Source of the DNA: Christensenellales bacterium
GTDB lineage: Bacteria > Bacillota > Clostridia > Christensenellales > CAG-917
Length of the DNA stretch: 64,000 nt
Assembly (NCBI GenBank): GCA_051883555.1
Contig: JBJETY010000052.1
Coordinates: forward strand, 40,250-104,249
Direction: 5' to 3'
Both the position numbers and the translations under genes were made by a program. The stretch's first letter is position 1. Every line of letters begins with the position of its first letter. The notes under the pieces were generated by a model that was given only the letters and a program-made list of their open reading frames with translations, was not told the origin of the DNA and did no database searches. Positions 27,527 to 37,342 of the stretch are shown here, one piece after another.

Positions 27527-29179
27527 ATGAAACTTATTTACAACGTAGAAGACAAACCTAAGTTTAATAAACTTATCGTCTTTGCACTTCAACAAGTTTT
27601 GGCAATCATGGCGGCTACAATCGCAGTGCCTACGATTATCGGATTGCCTACGCAAATTCCTGCGGCTATTTTAGGAGCAGGTCTCGGAACGATAGTCTAT
27701 TTGCTTTTCACGAAATTCAAAAGTCCTGTCATCATATCCAGCTCGTTTGCGTTTTTGAGTTCGCTCGGTTCGGCTCTTGCATTCGGATATTGCGGAATTA
27801 TTGTCGGCGGTATTCTTGCCGGTTTGGTGTACGTGATAATTGCAATAGTCATTCACTTTGCCGGAACGGCTTGGGTATCGAAACTTATGCCGCCGGTTAT
27901 CATCGGACCAACCGTTGCTATAATCGGACTCAGCCTTGCAGGCAGTGCAATGGGCGATATCGTAAAAGCAAGCGTGGGAACGGCGGTCAATGCGTCGTAC
28001 AATCTTGTAGCTTTGCTTTGCGGATTGATTACGTTCATTACTGTCGTTATCTGCTCGACGCAAAAGAGATTTAAGATGGGCAGACTTATTCCGTTTATTA
28101 TCGGTATCGGCGTAGGATATGCCTTTGCTGCCTTCTTCTCGATTTTCGGTTATACTTTGGACGTCGATTATCTTAAAATCATCAACTGGGCACCGCTCGT
28201 TGACAACTTTAAAGTTCTTGGCGACGCTGCGGCAAGTGCTGGCGACAAAGTTCAGGCATTCTTTACGTATCCTGATTTTGCGTTGATTGAAGCAATAAAA
28301 GAAATAGCAAGCGGCAGCACGGAAGTCGGAAAAACGTATTTCTTTGAAAGCGCCGCAGGTTTCGGTGAAGTTGCAATCGCATTTATTCCGGTAGCTCTCG
28401 TAGTTTTTGCCGAACATATAGCAGACCACAAAAACCTTTCTTCGATTATAAACCGCGACCTTGTAGAAGGCGAACCTGGACTTAAAAGAACGCTTCTCGG
28501 CGACGGCGTCGGCTCGATGGTCGGAACGGTTTTCGGTATTTGTCCTAACACGACTTACGGCGAATCGGTAGGTTGTATCGCTATCACTAAAAACGCTTCC
28601 GTATCTACTTTGCTTACGGCGGCAATAATGTGTATAATACTTAGCTTTATGAGCCCGATAATGGCTTTGTTGCAAACTATTCCTAATTGCGTAATGGGCG
28701 GCGTATGTCTCACTCTTTACGGATTTATTGCAGTATCGGGTCTTAAAATGTTTAAAGATATCGACCTTGGCGAAAACAAGAACTTGTTTACCGTATCGGC
28801 AATTCTCATTGCAGGTATCGGCGGTCTTGCAATTAAGATTCCGTATCACATTGCAGGAAGCGACGTTTACGACGCAGCAGGCAACCTTGTTATGGCAGCC
28901 GGAACGGTTGACAAAACGATTACGATTACGTCTATTGCAACCGCTCTTATTTTGGGAATAATCACTTATGCCGTTATCAATGCCGTAGAAAAGAAAAATG
29001 CAAAATTGCCTGATTTGCCTGACGACGAAGGAGCGGAAAAGGAAAACGCCATAAACGCTCCGGTTAAGGCTGAAACTACTTACGAAGTCGGCGTTGACGT
29101 TACCACTCTTAACGAAAACAAAGAAGAAAGCGAAGAAAAAGTTTCAGAAGAGGCTAACGGCTCTGAAAAGGGTGAATAA
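27527..29179 (+). CDS. NCS2-family uracil/xanthine permease with an acidic C-terminal tail
   Basis: NCS2 TM profile ([24 protein letters not shown]). Lies directly upstream of upp. Confidence 0.85.
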   Translation: MKLIYNVEDKPKFNKLIVFALQQVLAIMAATIAVPTIIGLPTQIPAAILGAGLGTIVYLLFTKFKSPVIISSSFAFLSSLGSALAFGYCGIIVGGILAGLVYVIIAIVIHFAGTAWVSKLMPPVIIGPTVAIIGLSLAGSAMGDIVKASVGTAVNASYNLVALLCGLITFITVVICSTQKRFKMGRLIPFIIGIGVGYAFAAFFSIFGYTLDVDYLKIINWAPLVDNFKVLGDAAASAGDKVQAFFTYPDFALIEAIKEIASGSTEVGKTYFFESAAGFGEVAIAFIPVALVVFAEHIADHKNLSSIINRDLVEGEPGLKRTLLGDGVGSMVGTVFGICPNTTYGESVGCIAITKNASVSTLLTAAIMCIILSFMSPIMALLQTIPNCVMGGVCLTLYGFIAVSGLKMFKDIDLGENKNLFTVSAILIAGIGGLAIKIPYHIAGSDVYDAAGNLVMAAGTVDKTITITSIATALILGIITYAVINAVEKKNAKLPDLPDDEGAEKENAINAPVKAETTYEVGVDVTTLNENKEESEEKVSEEANGSEKGE

Positions 29180-29229
29180 TAAATTTATGTGTACGGCACT
29201 CAAAGTGTACGGCAACCAAAGAGGTATTT

Positions 29230-29868
29230 ATGCAAGAATATAAAAACGTAACAATTTTCGACCATCCGCTCATTCGTCATAAGATTGCAATACTCCGTGA
29301 CGAAAAGACTACGACTAAACAGTTCAGAGAGCTTGTCGAAGAAATAACGACGCTTATGACTTATGAAAGTCTTAAAGACGTTCCTACAAAAAAAGTAATC
29401 GTCAAAACTCCTCTCGAAGAGACGGAACAAAGCGTGGTCGTTGACAATGCGGTGACAATCGTTCCTATTTTAAGAGCGGGACTCGGCATGGTAAACGGCG
29501 TGCACGAGTTATTCCCGACGGCAAGAGTAGGACACATCGGTATGTACCGCGACGAAGAAACTCTTGAACCGAAAGAATATTATTGCAAGCTCCCTGAAGG
29601 AATTCAGGACAGTATTGCAGTAGTACTCGACCCTATGCTCGCAACGGGCGGAAGCGCAATCGCCGCAATAGATTATCTTAAAAAAGTCGGTTGCAAACGC
29701 ATCAAACAGATGTCGATAATTGCCGCACCTGAAGGAATAAAGGCTCTTGCAGAAGCGCATCCTGACGTTGAAATTTACGTTTCGACGCTTGACAGAGAGT
29801 TGAACGAAAACGGATATATCCTTCCGGGCTTGGGCGACGCAGGCGATAGATTGTTCGGAACGAAATAG
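29230..29868 (+). CDS. upp: Uracil phosphoribosyltransferase
   Basis: [42 protein letters not shown]. Confidence 0.92.
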   Translation: MQEYKNVTIFDHPLIRHKIAILRDEKTTTKQFRELVEEITTLMTYESLKDVPTKKVIVKTPLEETEQSVVVDNAVTIVPILRAGLGMVNGVHELFPTARVGHIGMYRDEETLEPKEYYCKLPEGIQDSIAVVLDPMLATGGSAIAAIDYLKKVGCKRIKQMSIIAAPEGIKALAEAHPDVEIYVSTLDRELNENGYILPGLGDAGDRLFGTK

Positions 29869-30025
29869 TAAACGGCAACGCAAAAGTAAAGGATAAATAA
29901 ATATCCTAAAAACGATTTCTTAATGCAAACCGTTGAACGTTAAGTTTGCAAAAGCGTAAAGTTTGCAAAAACGTGAAGGTCGCAAAACGACGTAAATTTT
30001 GAGAAATCGGAAAACGTATAAAAAT

Positions 30026-30052
30026 AAAAAACGGCTTAAAAGCCGTTTTTTT
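30026..30052. terminator. Bidirectional hairpin terminator
   Basis: aacggct-taaa-agccgtt flanked by an A-run and a T-run. Confidence 0.7.
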
Positions 30053-30236
30053 GCGTTTTTTCATCGATTTCTTTAGACAGTCGCTTATGCCTTGAAAGGA
30101 AATCGAGATACGCTTTCCCTCCCGTGTTTATCTGAGGTTTTTCATTCTTTTCTACGCCGCCGTCTGCCGATTTCGGTATTTTAGTTACGTTGTTGTCGGT
30201 TATAAGACTGTTTTGTCTAAAAAATTCAAAAAGCAT
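30036..30236 (-). CDS. Hypothetical small protein (66 aa)
   Basis: GAGGTG precedes the ATG. The ORF ends inside the bidirectional terminator. No recognisable family. Confidence 0.35.
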   Translation of the reverse strand: MLFEFFRQNSLITDNNVTKIPKSADGGVEKNEKPQINTGGKAYLDFLSRHKRLSKEIDEKTQKNGF

Positions 30237-30337
30237 AGCCACCTCAAAAAAAAGTTAAAATCCTTGCTAAATTTTGTTTTATATTATATACTATATTGGA
30301 ATTTGTAAAAAGTTTCTTGTTAAGGAGAAATTTATTG

Positions 30338-31813
30338 ATGAAAAAAAGACTTTTAATAGTTTTATGCCTTGTTTGTATAATGGTGACCGCTTCCGTGCTT
30401 GTCGCATGTAACAGCTTTAAGCAAGACCCTATCAGCGGTGGCGATAACACGGCAACGGTATATTCTAACGGCGGCTTTGCCGTGAGACAGGGCGATTGGC
30501 TCTATTTCATAAACGGATACGATTCGGAAAGCACTACAAACGAATTCGGAAGCGTTCTGAAAAATTCAATTTGCAGAGTAAAGGTTGACGAAGACGGCAG
30601 TATCGGCAACAATGCGGTAAAATGCGTCGTTCCTAAGCAGGTTTATTGGACGAATACGGAAAGCGGATTTGCCGTTTACGGAAATTGGATATATTATGCA
30701 ACGCCGAATTACGATAAGGACAGAACGGGAACTGCATCAACGACGAATCTCGACTTTATGAGAACGAGCATTGACGGCACCGTTACTCAACTTATATTTA
30801 CAGCCAGCTCGCGTTCTTTGCAGTATTGGTTTATGCCTACAAGAATAGTCGTTTACAACGATTCCAAGATTACCGCTATCGATTTTACCGCCTTAAGCAG
30901 CAATAAATCGGTTGCTAAGGTAAGCAAAAAGGTCACTACGTCCGTTATCGACAGCAACGTAACGAGCTTGGTGTTTAAGCAGGACGCCGAATGGTCCGCT
31001 TCGCAAGGTTCATCGGTCAGCGATTATATTTATTATACTAAATCGGTTACGGGTGCCGAATCGTATAAAAACTATAACGAACTTTATATGGTAAAATACG
31101 ACGGAAGCGGCAAGAAACTTCTTGTAAGCGATATGTCTTTCGGCGATAAAAATTATACTCTTACTTTAAACGGGGGAGTTGCCGAAGGCGACAGCAGTAT
31201 GACTCTCGTTTACGTAAAACAGTACGTTGAAGGCTCGTCGACAAAGTATGCGGGACTTTTCATGAATAAAGTCGGTCTTGATTTCAAATTCGACGCGGCG
31301 ACGGAGAAATGTCTTACGGCAAATATATCGTCGACAAGCGTTACGGTATATCCTATAAGCTATGAAAAGGGCGCAATAGTTGCTTCGGGAGATATGCAAT
31401 ATCTTCTTGACGGAACGAAAAGCGGCGAAGACGTTTTCGCTGAAGATAACAAAGTAGTTGGCAAAGCTTCTATGAAGGTAAACTACGTCGCTAAAAATGC
31501 AGACGGCAACTACTACGTTTATTACGGAGCTTCCAGCTCGGTTGCTACTCTTTTCAGAATTAACCTTGAACCGGATAAGGGTACAAGCCCTAACGAAGAT
31601 ATCGTTCTTGAAGAAGGATTCTCGTCGTCGTGGATTACGTTTGATTTCATCACGATCGGAAACCGCACCTGGATATATTATTTCGACTCGAACGATTACA
31701 ACTACGTTCACGGCTATGAACTTTCTTCATTTGACGGTGAAAAACCTGAAGAGACAGAGTTTATCGGAAAAATGACAAGCAGCGACAAAGAAGCTAAAGA
31801 GAAAGCTGAATAA
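30338..31813 (+). CDS. Lipoprotein, DUF5050-like beta-propeller
   Basis: AAGGAGA RBS. Lipobox VLVAC. Recurrent WLYFINGYD and NWIYYATPN motifs typical of DUF5050, as far as I recall. Confidence 0.6.
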   Translation: MKKRLLIVLCLVCIMVTASVLVACNSFKQDPISGGDNTATVYSNGGFAVRQGDWLYFINGYDSESTTNEFGSVLKNSICRVKVDEDGSIGNNAVKCVVPKQVYWTNTESGFAVYGNWIYYATPNYDKDRTGTASTTNLDFMRTSIDGTVTQLIFTASSRSLQYWFMPTRIVVYNDSKITAIDFTALSSNKSVAKVSKKVTTSVIDSNVTSLVFKQDAEWSASQGSSVSDYIYYTKSVTGAESYKNYNELYMVKYDGSGKKLLVSDMSFGDKNYTLTLNGGVAEGDSSMTLVYVKQYVEGSSTKYAGLFMNKVGLDFKFDAATEKCLTANISSTSVTVYPISYEKGAIVASGDMQYLLDGTKSGEDVFAEDNKVVGKASMKVNYVAKNADGNYYVYYGASSSVATLFRINLEPDKGTSPNEDIVLEEGFSSSWITFDFITIGNRTWIYYFDSNDYNYVHGYELSSFDGEKPEETEFIGKMTSSDKEAKEKAE

Positions 31814-31818
31814 AACGT

Positions 31819-31847
31819 AAAAAGCAAGGCTTGCCTTGCTTTTTTTG
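31819..31847 (+). terminator. Rho-independent terminator
   Basis: aaagcaagg-cttg-ccttgcttt followed by a T-run. Confidence 0.75.
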
Positions 31848-32594
31848 TTGACGCATGGTGTAGATTAAAAAGCAATAGTGCGGATAAAAGGATATAAAGA
31901 TAATAAAAAGTATATATGTTTGTATGACGAATAGCCGTATAATATTCGCAAATAATTATGTCAATGCGTATTATATCCGCAAAGTATATTGACAAGGCTT
32001 ATTATATTTGCAAAGAATTGTGTCAAAATATATCATATTAACAAGGAATATTTTTTAAAGAATATAAATTAGGTAAAAACGATTTTAATCAATAAAATCT
32101 TAATCAATAATATTTTATTAATGATTATTATATTAATAAAGATAAGTTATATTAATAAAAATGACCTATTAATATAGTATATATATTTGATTAAATATTT
32201 GATTAAACATAACTATTCATATTAAATATAGTTATATAGTATCGTGCGACTATAATCTGCGTAATCGTTGAAGATTAAACGTTAAAAATCATCTAAATTA
32301 AAACGTTATAATTGGCGTTGCGTTTAATAAGTTGCAAATTAAGCGTAAATTGCAACGGCAACCGATTTAAATTGCAATCTGATTTAAATTTCTATATAAG
32401 GCAAACGGCAAAATATTGAGTTCGGTTATACACGGATATAAACGTATACCAAATCGGTTATTTTTTAATCGACAATAAGCAGTAATAAAAAGCAGTAATA
32501 AAAAAGTTGCAATAAAATATGAACGGCGTTAAATAAAAATGTCGATGGCGATAAAATATCGATGGCGTTATTTTAACGGCATAGCGGAGAAAAA

Positions 32595-33320
32595 ATGAAA
32601 ACTATTTTTATAACGGGCGGAAGCCGCGGAATAGGAGAAGCGATAGTAAGACGAGCGATAACAAAATATAACGTTGCGTTTTGCTATAAAAACAACTTTG
32701 AGAGAGCAATCGCTCTTGAAAAAGAACTTTTTGCCTTTGGCGGAGTGTATGCCGTAAGATGCGACGTGGCTGACAGAGCGGACGTAGAGAAGGCGATAAG
32801 TGCCGTCAAAAAAAGATTCGGCAAAATCGATATTGCGGTTTTAAATGCGGGTATAGCAAGACAAAAGATGTTTTGCGATTTGTCGAATGCCGATTTGGAA
32901 GAAATGATGTCCGTCAATTTTACCGGCGGTTTTAACGTTGCACAGGAAGTGCTTAAAGATATGACAAGCAGAAAAAGCGGTAAAATCATTGCCGTTTCGT
33001 CAGTATGGGGTGAAGTAGGGGCAAGCTGCGAGGTCGATTATTCGGCGTCAAAGTCGGCTTTGATAGGAATGTGTAAGGCTTTGGCAAAAGAATATGCTCC
33101 GAGCGGCATAACCGTCAACGTCGTATCTCCCGGAGTTATAAAAACCGATATGCTTAACGGTTTTTCCGACGACGAACTCGCTTCTCTGACGGAGGAAATT
33201 CCGCTTGGCAGGCTCGGCACGGCGGACGACGTCGCCGAAGCGGTAATGTGCTTTGCCGACGGTCTCGACTACGTAACGGGGCAGGTGCTTGCGGTCAACG
33301 GCGGTTTTTCGATAAGATAA
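32595..33320 (+). CDS. SDR family oxidoreductase (FabG-like)
   Basis: TGGSRGIGEAI, NAG, YSASK catalytic motif. Confidence 0.85.
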   Translation: MKTIFITGGSRGIGEAIVRRAITKYNVAFCYKNNFERAIALEKELFAFGGVYAVRCDVADRADVEKAISAVKKRFGKIDIAVLNAGIARQKMFCDLSNADLEEMMSVNFTGGFNVAQEVLKDMTSRKSGKIIAVSSVWGEVGASCEVDYSASKSALIGMCKALAKEYAPSGITVNVVSPGVIKTDMLNGFSDDELASLTEEIPLGRLGTADDVAEAVMCFADGLDYVTGQVLAVNGGFSIR

Positions 33321-33487
33321 CAAAGAAATACAAAAACGTGGTGTTTGTTTAAGTCTTAGGCGAATTTCAATTTCGAAAGAGGTCTCGAAAGACGTTAAAG
33401 AAAACGACGTTTATTTGAAGCGGAAAAAGGCTATAAAGCAAAATAGTTTGATTGATAAAGCAAATGAAGCAAATTAACGCAGCAATT

Positions 33488-33516
33488 TAAAACTCGGGTT
33501 TCCGAGTTTTATTTTA
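33488..33516 (+). terminator. Rho-independent terminator
   Basis: aaactcgg-gttt-ccgagttt followed by a T-rich run. Confidence 0.7.
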
Positions 33517-33866
33517 AAATTTTTTAAAAATTAATTCTTAATTTGCATAGCGTAAGCTATAAACAAATTTTTACAATTTGGACTATATTAATTTAAAAAT
33601 GTTCTCAAAAATTTCTATAATGATATTCGTAAGTTACGAAGCAATTCTTTTGAAATAAAAAAGCATTTGCTGACAATTTCCGGAAATTTTTACGGATGGA
33701 GCGATAAGATAAAATTTTTTTTCGGCTGTTTTGTTAATAAGTTAACCGTTTTTTAAACTTGAATATGCAAAAATGAACAATTTAAGGTCGATAAAAAGAA
33801 AAATTTTTTTACTTTTGTTAAAAACAAAAAAATATTCAATAAATTTGCGCTAAATTTTTTTTGCTA

Positions 33867-33896
33867 TTGACAATTAAAAAGCAAATAAAGTATAAT
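33867..33896 (+). promoter_or_regulatory. Near-consensus sigma-A promoter
   Basis: TTGACA, 18-nt spacer, TATAAT, preceded by an A/T-rich UP-like tract. Confidence 0.6.
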
Positions 33897-33936
33897 TATG
33901 ATACCTAATTTTAGAAACAAAATTTCAGGAGGAAAT

Positions 33937-36831
33937 ATGAAGAAGTTTAATTTGAAGACGTTAATGCTTATCGTATTGGCTTTGGTTATGGTCTTTGCTC
34001 TTGTCGCTTGTGGCGAAAAAAGTGATCCCGGCTCTACAAAGAAACCAAGCTCTACGACAGAAGTAAAGGCGTCAGATTATTTTAACGCATTGACGGAATC
34101 GATTAAATCAATCGGAAGTACGCCAATCAGCAAAACGCAAGATATCTATGCACAAATCGGTGCAGGTGTCAAACTTTCAAACGGAAGTAACGTAAATCTC
34201 GATCTCGCTGTAGAAATCGAACTCGTTTACGACCGCACGAACGATAACGCAAACAGTGCAGCTCACCTTGCTATTGTTGATAAGTCAGGCTCGCTCACTA
34301 AAGTAACGGAAGGCGGACAAGCTATTCTTGAATTGTACTACTTCCTTAACGACCCTACGTACATTTACATGAACGCATTCGATCAACAAATCAAGTTGGA
34401 GTTTGACGCAGACGGAAACAAAAACGCTTCTCTTGCAGGAAACCTTACCGATTTCTTAACAAGCAACTTCGAAACGGGTATGTTTGCAGGTAAGAACCTT
34501 GACGGATTTATCACAACGATAGCAGATACGTTCGGTGATGATTTCACTTTGGACGTTTTGGTTGACACGATTGCTCAACAAATTATGGGAATCAGCACTG
34601 CCGAACTTATCGGTAAGGTTGCAGAAATGATCGGTCAGGAAGCTTCCGATATCAACGGATTGCTCAATGCAGTATCGGGTATTTTGATTGACAGCGATAA
34701 AGACGTTACGAAAACGACCGAAGGAACAAAGACCGTATGGACAGCTAAACTCGGATCTTTGGTAAACGGTCTTATCAGCGGAATGGCAGAAGGCATTCTT
34801 GACGACCAGTCGAGCCTTGCTCTTTCGTTCACGCTCGAAGGAAACGCAATCGACGAATTCTCAATAAGCGGCAAAACCGCTATGTTGGGAACTGGTTCTA
34901 ACGCTTCGAGATACGACCTTGAAATTGCTATCACAGATTTCAAGATTCAAGGCGTTGACGCAGCTGCAAAACCAATCAAAACTGTTGGCGAATATAAGGA
35001 CGACTACGTTATAGAAGCAACTCTTACGGCAGACCTTGCAAAAGATAAGATCAAACTTACTTTTGAAGATCCGTTCACAACCGTTGCTGAAGACGACGAC
35101 AAATGCTTTGCCGATATTTGCACAGAATTTCACAAAGACAAAGAAACTCTCGGAATTATCCTTCCAAACGGTACGGAAATCGAAGGCGAACTTATTGTAA
35201 ACCTTACGGGCAAAGTATCTCTTGCAAATACGCTTGGTTTCTCTAAGGCATATTTCGAAATTCAATATAAATCAAAAGACGGCGCTACAATGGATACCGT
35301 TGTTGAAATGATTTATCAGGAAATCGAAGTTGCAGGCAAGAAACAAGGACAAGTTCAGATTGCAATCACGGATACCGACAACAAATACATCGGATTTATC
35401 AGAGACAACATCTTTGTTGCTATGATAAACGCTTTGTACAATGCAGAAGATAAATCTGAATACGGCTACTACGAAGATCAAATCAATGCAATGTTCGACG
35501 CAATTCAGAACAAGAAGTATGCATTTACCCTTTCTAACATCCAACTTCAAGACCTCTTCCAGAACATATTCTTCGGTGAAAAGGAAGTAGGAAAAGCTGC
35601 AACGACAACAGAGATGAACACCCTTAACATGGTTGATGTCGAAATGAAAGCTGTTTTGAACAACTATGTACAAGTCGGTGCAGACGCATACAAGCTTATT
35701 AAAGAAGCTAGCGAAAGCGGTGTAGAAATCGACACGGCAACTTATGCAATCAATGCTAAATCTCCATATGCAGGACAAAAAGTTGTCTTCTATACTGACG
35801 ACAAAGACAATGATTTAGTATATTCTTATGCAAACCTCTTCAAGACATTTGCAAACGGAAAAGTTGAATCATATTATCCAATAAACTTCAATATCGCAAA
35901 CATTTTGAATATTGCTCTTGACAATATGACGATTGCAAACAACAATCTTACGATTGCTACTGCCGGCGGTATCTTCGAAACCTTGTTCGGATATTCAGAA
36001 CCAAGATCGGTAAAGAATAACGACTCATCGTTATATCGTGGCGGTGATAGGTACGGCTACATCTACATGGGTATCCTTGAAACAGGAGCTCCCACGAATA
36101 CGTACGGTGAGATCACAAGATATGATTCTATCTCAACGGCTGAAGAACTTTACGCAGCAGTTTACAAGGGAAGCGCTTCTGCAATCAAACGTATGACTGA
36201 AGCAGGACTTCTTCAGGCAATCAAAATTGTTGAAGCAACAGACGGCAAGTATGCATATTTAAACGGCGAACTTGTTGTTTGGGAAAGCGGTGAAAAATAT
36301 GACACTAACGTCAGATATAACCTTGAAAAAGGTTTCGAGACTGTCGGAGACGGTTGGTGCTATCAGAACGGTTACACGATGAACAAAGAAGAAGCAGTCG
36401 TAATGTGGAAAGTTTCTGCAGGTGTTGAGATTACGGAAAGCGAATGGAACAGCATCGGCGTAATGACCATTCCAACCGCAGAAACAATTTCAGGCCTTTA
36501 CGATGAAGGTATCGTTAAGACGCTCAAAGATATGTTCGCAGGATCTAACCTTATTGAGAACTTCGATACTTTGAACGGAAACGAAATCTTTGACGATCTC
36601 CTTGCATTTGACGTCAAAGCAAATATCGTAACCGACGCAACTCACATCGCAGTTTCTGCTGAAATCGATGGCGTTGCAAAAGTTTCGTTCAACATCACAA
36701 TCAGCACGGCAACTGCAAACGTAAAAGCTTTGGATAGTGCAATCGCAGCATTTAAAGCTAAATATGAAACAGCTAAGGCAATAAAGGGCGAATTCGTATT
36801 CGATATGTCTATCTGGATGCCTACGGTTTAA
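33937..36831 (+). CDS. 964-aa lipoprotein of unknown function
   Basis: AGGAGG RBS. Lipobox FALVAC. No motif I can assign. Confidence 0.8.
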   Translation: MKKFNLKTLMLIVLALVMVFALVACGEKSDPGSTKKPSSTTEVKASDYFNALTESIKSIGSTPISKTQDIYAQIGAGVKLSNGSNVNLDLAVEIELVYDRTNDNANSAAHLAIVDKSGSLTKVTEGGQAILELYYFLNDPTYIYMNAFDQQIKLEFDADGNKNASLAGNLTDFLTSNFETGMFAGKNLDGFITTIADTFGDDFTLDVLVDTIAQQIMGISTAELIGKVAEMIGQEASDINGLLNAVSGILIDSDKDVTKTTEGTKTVWTAKLGSLVNGLISGMAEGILDDQSSLALSFTLEGNAIDEFSISGKTAMLGTGSNASRYDLEIAITDFKIQGVDAAAKPIKTVGEYKDDYVIEATLTADLAKDKIKLTFEDPFTTVAEDDDKCFADICTEFHKDKETLGIILPNGTEIEGELIVNLTGKVSLANTLGFSKAYFEIQYKSKDGATMDTVVEMIYQEIEVAGKKQGQVQIAITDTDNKYIGFIRDNIFVAMINALYNAEDKSEYGYYEDQINAMFDAIQNKKYAFTLSNIQLQDLFQNIFFGEKEVGKAATTTEMNTLNMVDVEMKAVLNNYVQVGADAYKLIKEASESGVEIDTATYAINAKSPYAGQKVVFYTDDKDNDLVYSYANLFKTFANGKVESYYPINFNIANILNIALDNMTIANNNLTIATAGGIFETLFGYSEPRSVKNNDSSLYRGGDRYGYIYMGILETGAPTNTYGEITRYDSISTAEELYAAVYKGSASAIKRMTEAGLLQAIKIVEATDGKYAYLNGELVVWESGEKYDTNVRYNLEKGFETVGDGWCYQNGYTMNKEEAVVMWKVSAGVEITESEWNSIGVMTIPTAETISGLYDEGIVKTLKDMFAGSNLIENFDTLNGNEIFDDLLAFDVKANIVTDATHIAVSAEIDGVAKVSFNITISTATANVKALDSAIAAFKAKYETAKAIKGEFVFDMSIWMPTV

Positions 36832-36858
36832 TTAATAATTAAACTATAAAGATATATA

Positions 36859-36888
36859 AAAGGACGACCTTTTGGTCGCCCTTTTATT
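36859..36888 (+). terminator. Rho-independent terminator
   Basis: aggacgacc-tttt-ggtcgccct followed by a T-run. Confidence 0.8.
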
Positions 36889-36905
36889 ATTTTTAAATAA
36901 TATTT

Positions 36906-37050
36906 TATTAAGTAATATTGTTTAGTAATATATACTATTAAGCGACACTATTAAGCAATACAATTAAATGATTCTATTAAGTGATATTATTAAGCGATGC
37001 TATTAAGTAATATTATTTAGTGTTATTTTTAAATATATTATTTAGTAATG
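36906..37050. repeat. Degenerate 13-bp-period array TATT(A/T)AGYRAT, about 9 copies
   Basis: Motif starts at 36906, 36919, 36936, 36949, 36975, 36988, 37001, 37014 and 37038. Confidence 0.7.
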
Positions 37051-37285
37051 TTATTTTAAATTTAATCTATTGTTTTTAAAGTAGTCTATAAGTATTTATT
37101 TTTATTATTGTATATAATAATTTATCATTTATAAATTTAAAAATAATTTTGGATAATAAAAGCGGCTAAGGAAATATAAAGACGACTTTCAGGCTGAAAG
37201 TTAAAACCGTGACGGGGTTTTCGTTAGCGTATATGATTTATTATTTTCTATTATGGCTATACTTTTTCTAAGTGTTATATTTCAC

Positions 37286-37314
37286 TTGAAATTTTTCCGA
37301 TTATCAACTATAAT
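37286..37314 (+). promoter_or_regulatory. Consensus-like sigma-A promoter for glnN
   Basis: TTGAAA, 17-nt spacer, TATAAT. Confidence 0.6.
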
Positions 37315-37342
37315 TTTTATAACTAAATTCAGCGGAGGGTTT

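Noticed and set aside
27671-28849. 392-aa minus-strand ORF antisense to the uracil permease. Similar long antisense ORFs occur at 5790-6644, 20533-21243, 26070-26720, 41605-42264, 12574-13356 and 63339-63944.
   Set aside because: Each lies fully inside a well-supported gene on the opposite strand. Their products are low-complexity, R/S/C-rich and motif-free, and they lack RBSs. They are shadow ORFs created by the codon bias of the real genes.
33321-33936. Invertible promoter (inverton) controlling the large lipoprotein
   Set aside because: I found no flanking inverted repeats around the promoter, and no recombinase gene is in the window.
37253-37342. Upstream in-frame extensions from the ORF track. 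These are glnN at 37253, the M28-like gene at 39421, the lipoproteins at 33898, 30296 and 1932, pepV at 52288, yabP at 5264, the phosphoesterase at 13875, and the ORF at 26522.
   Set aside because: In each case an internal ATG with a strong GGAGG-type RBS gives the expected family N-terminus or signal peptide. The extensions lack RBSs or overlap upstream genes.
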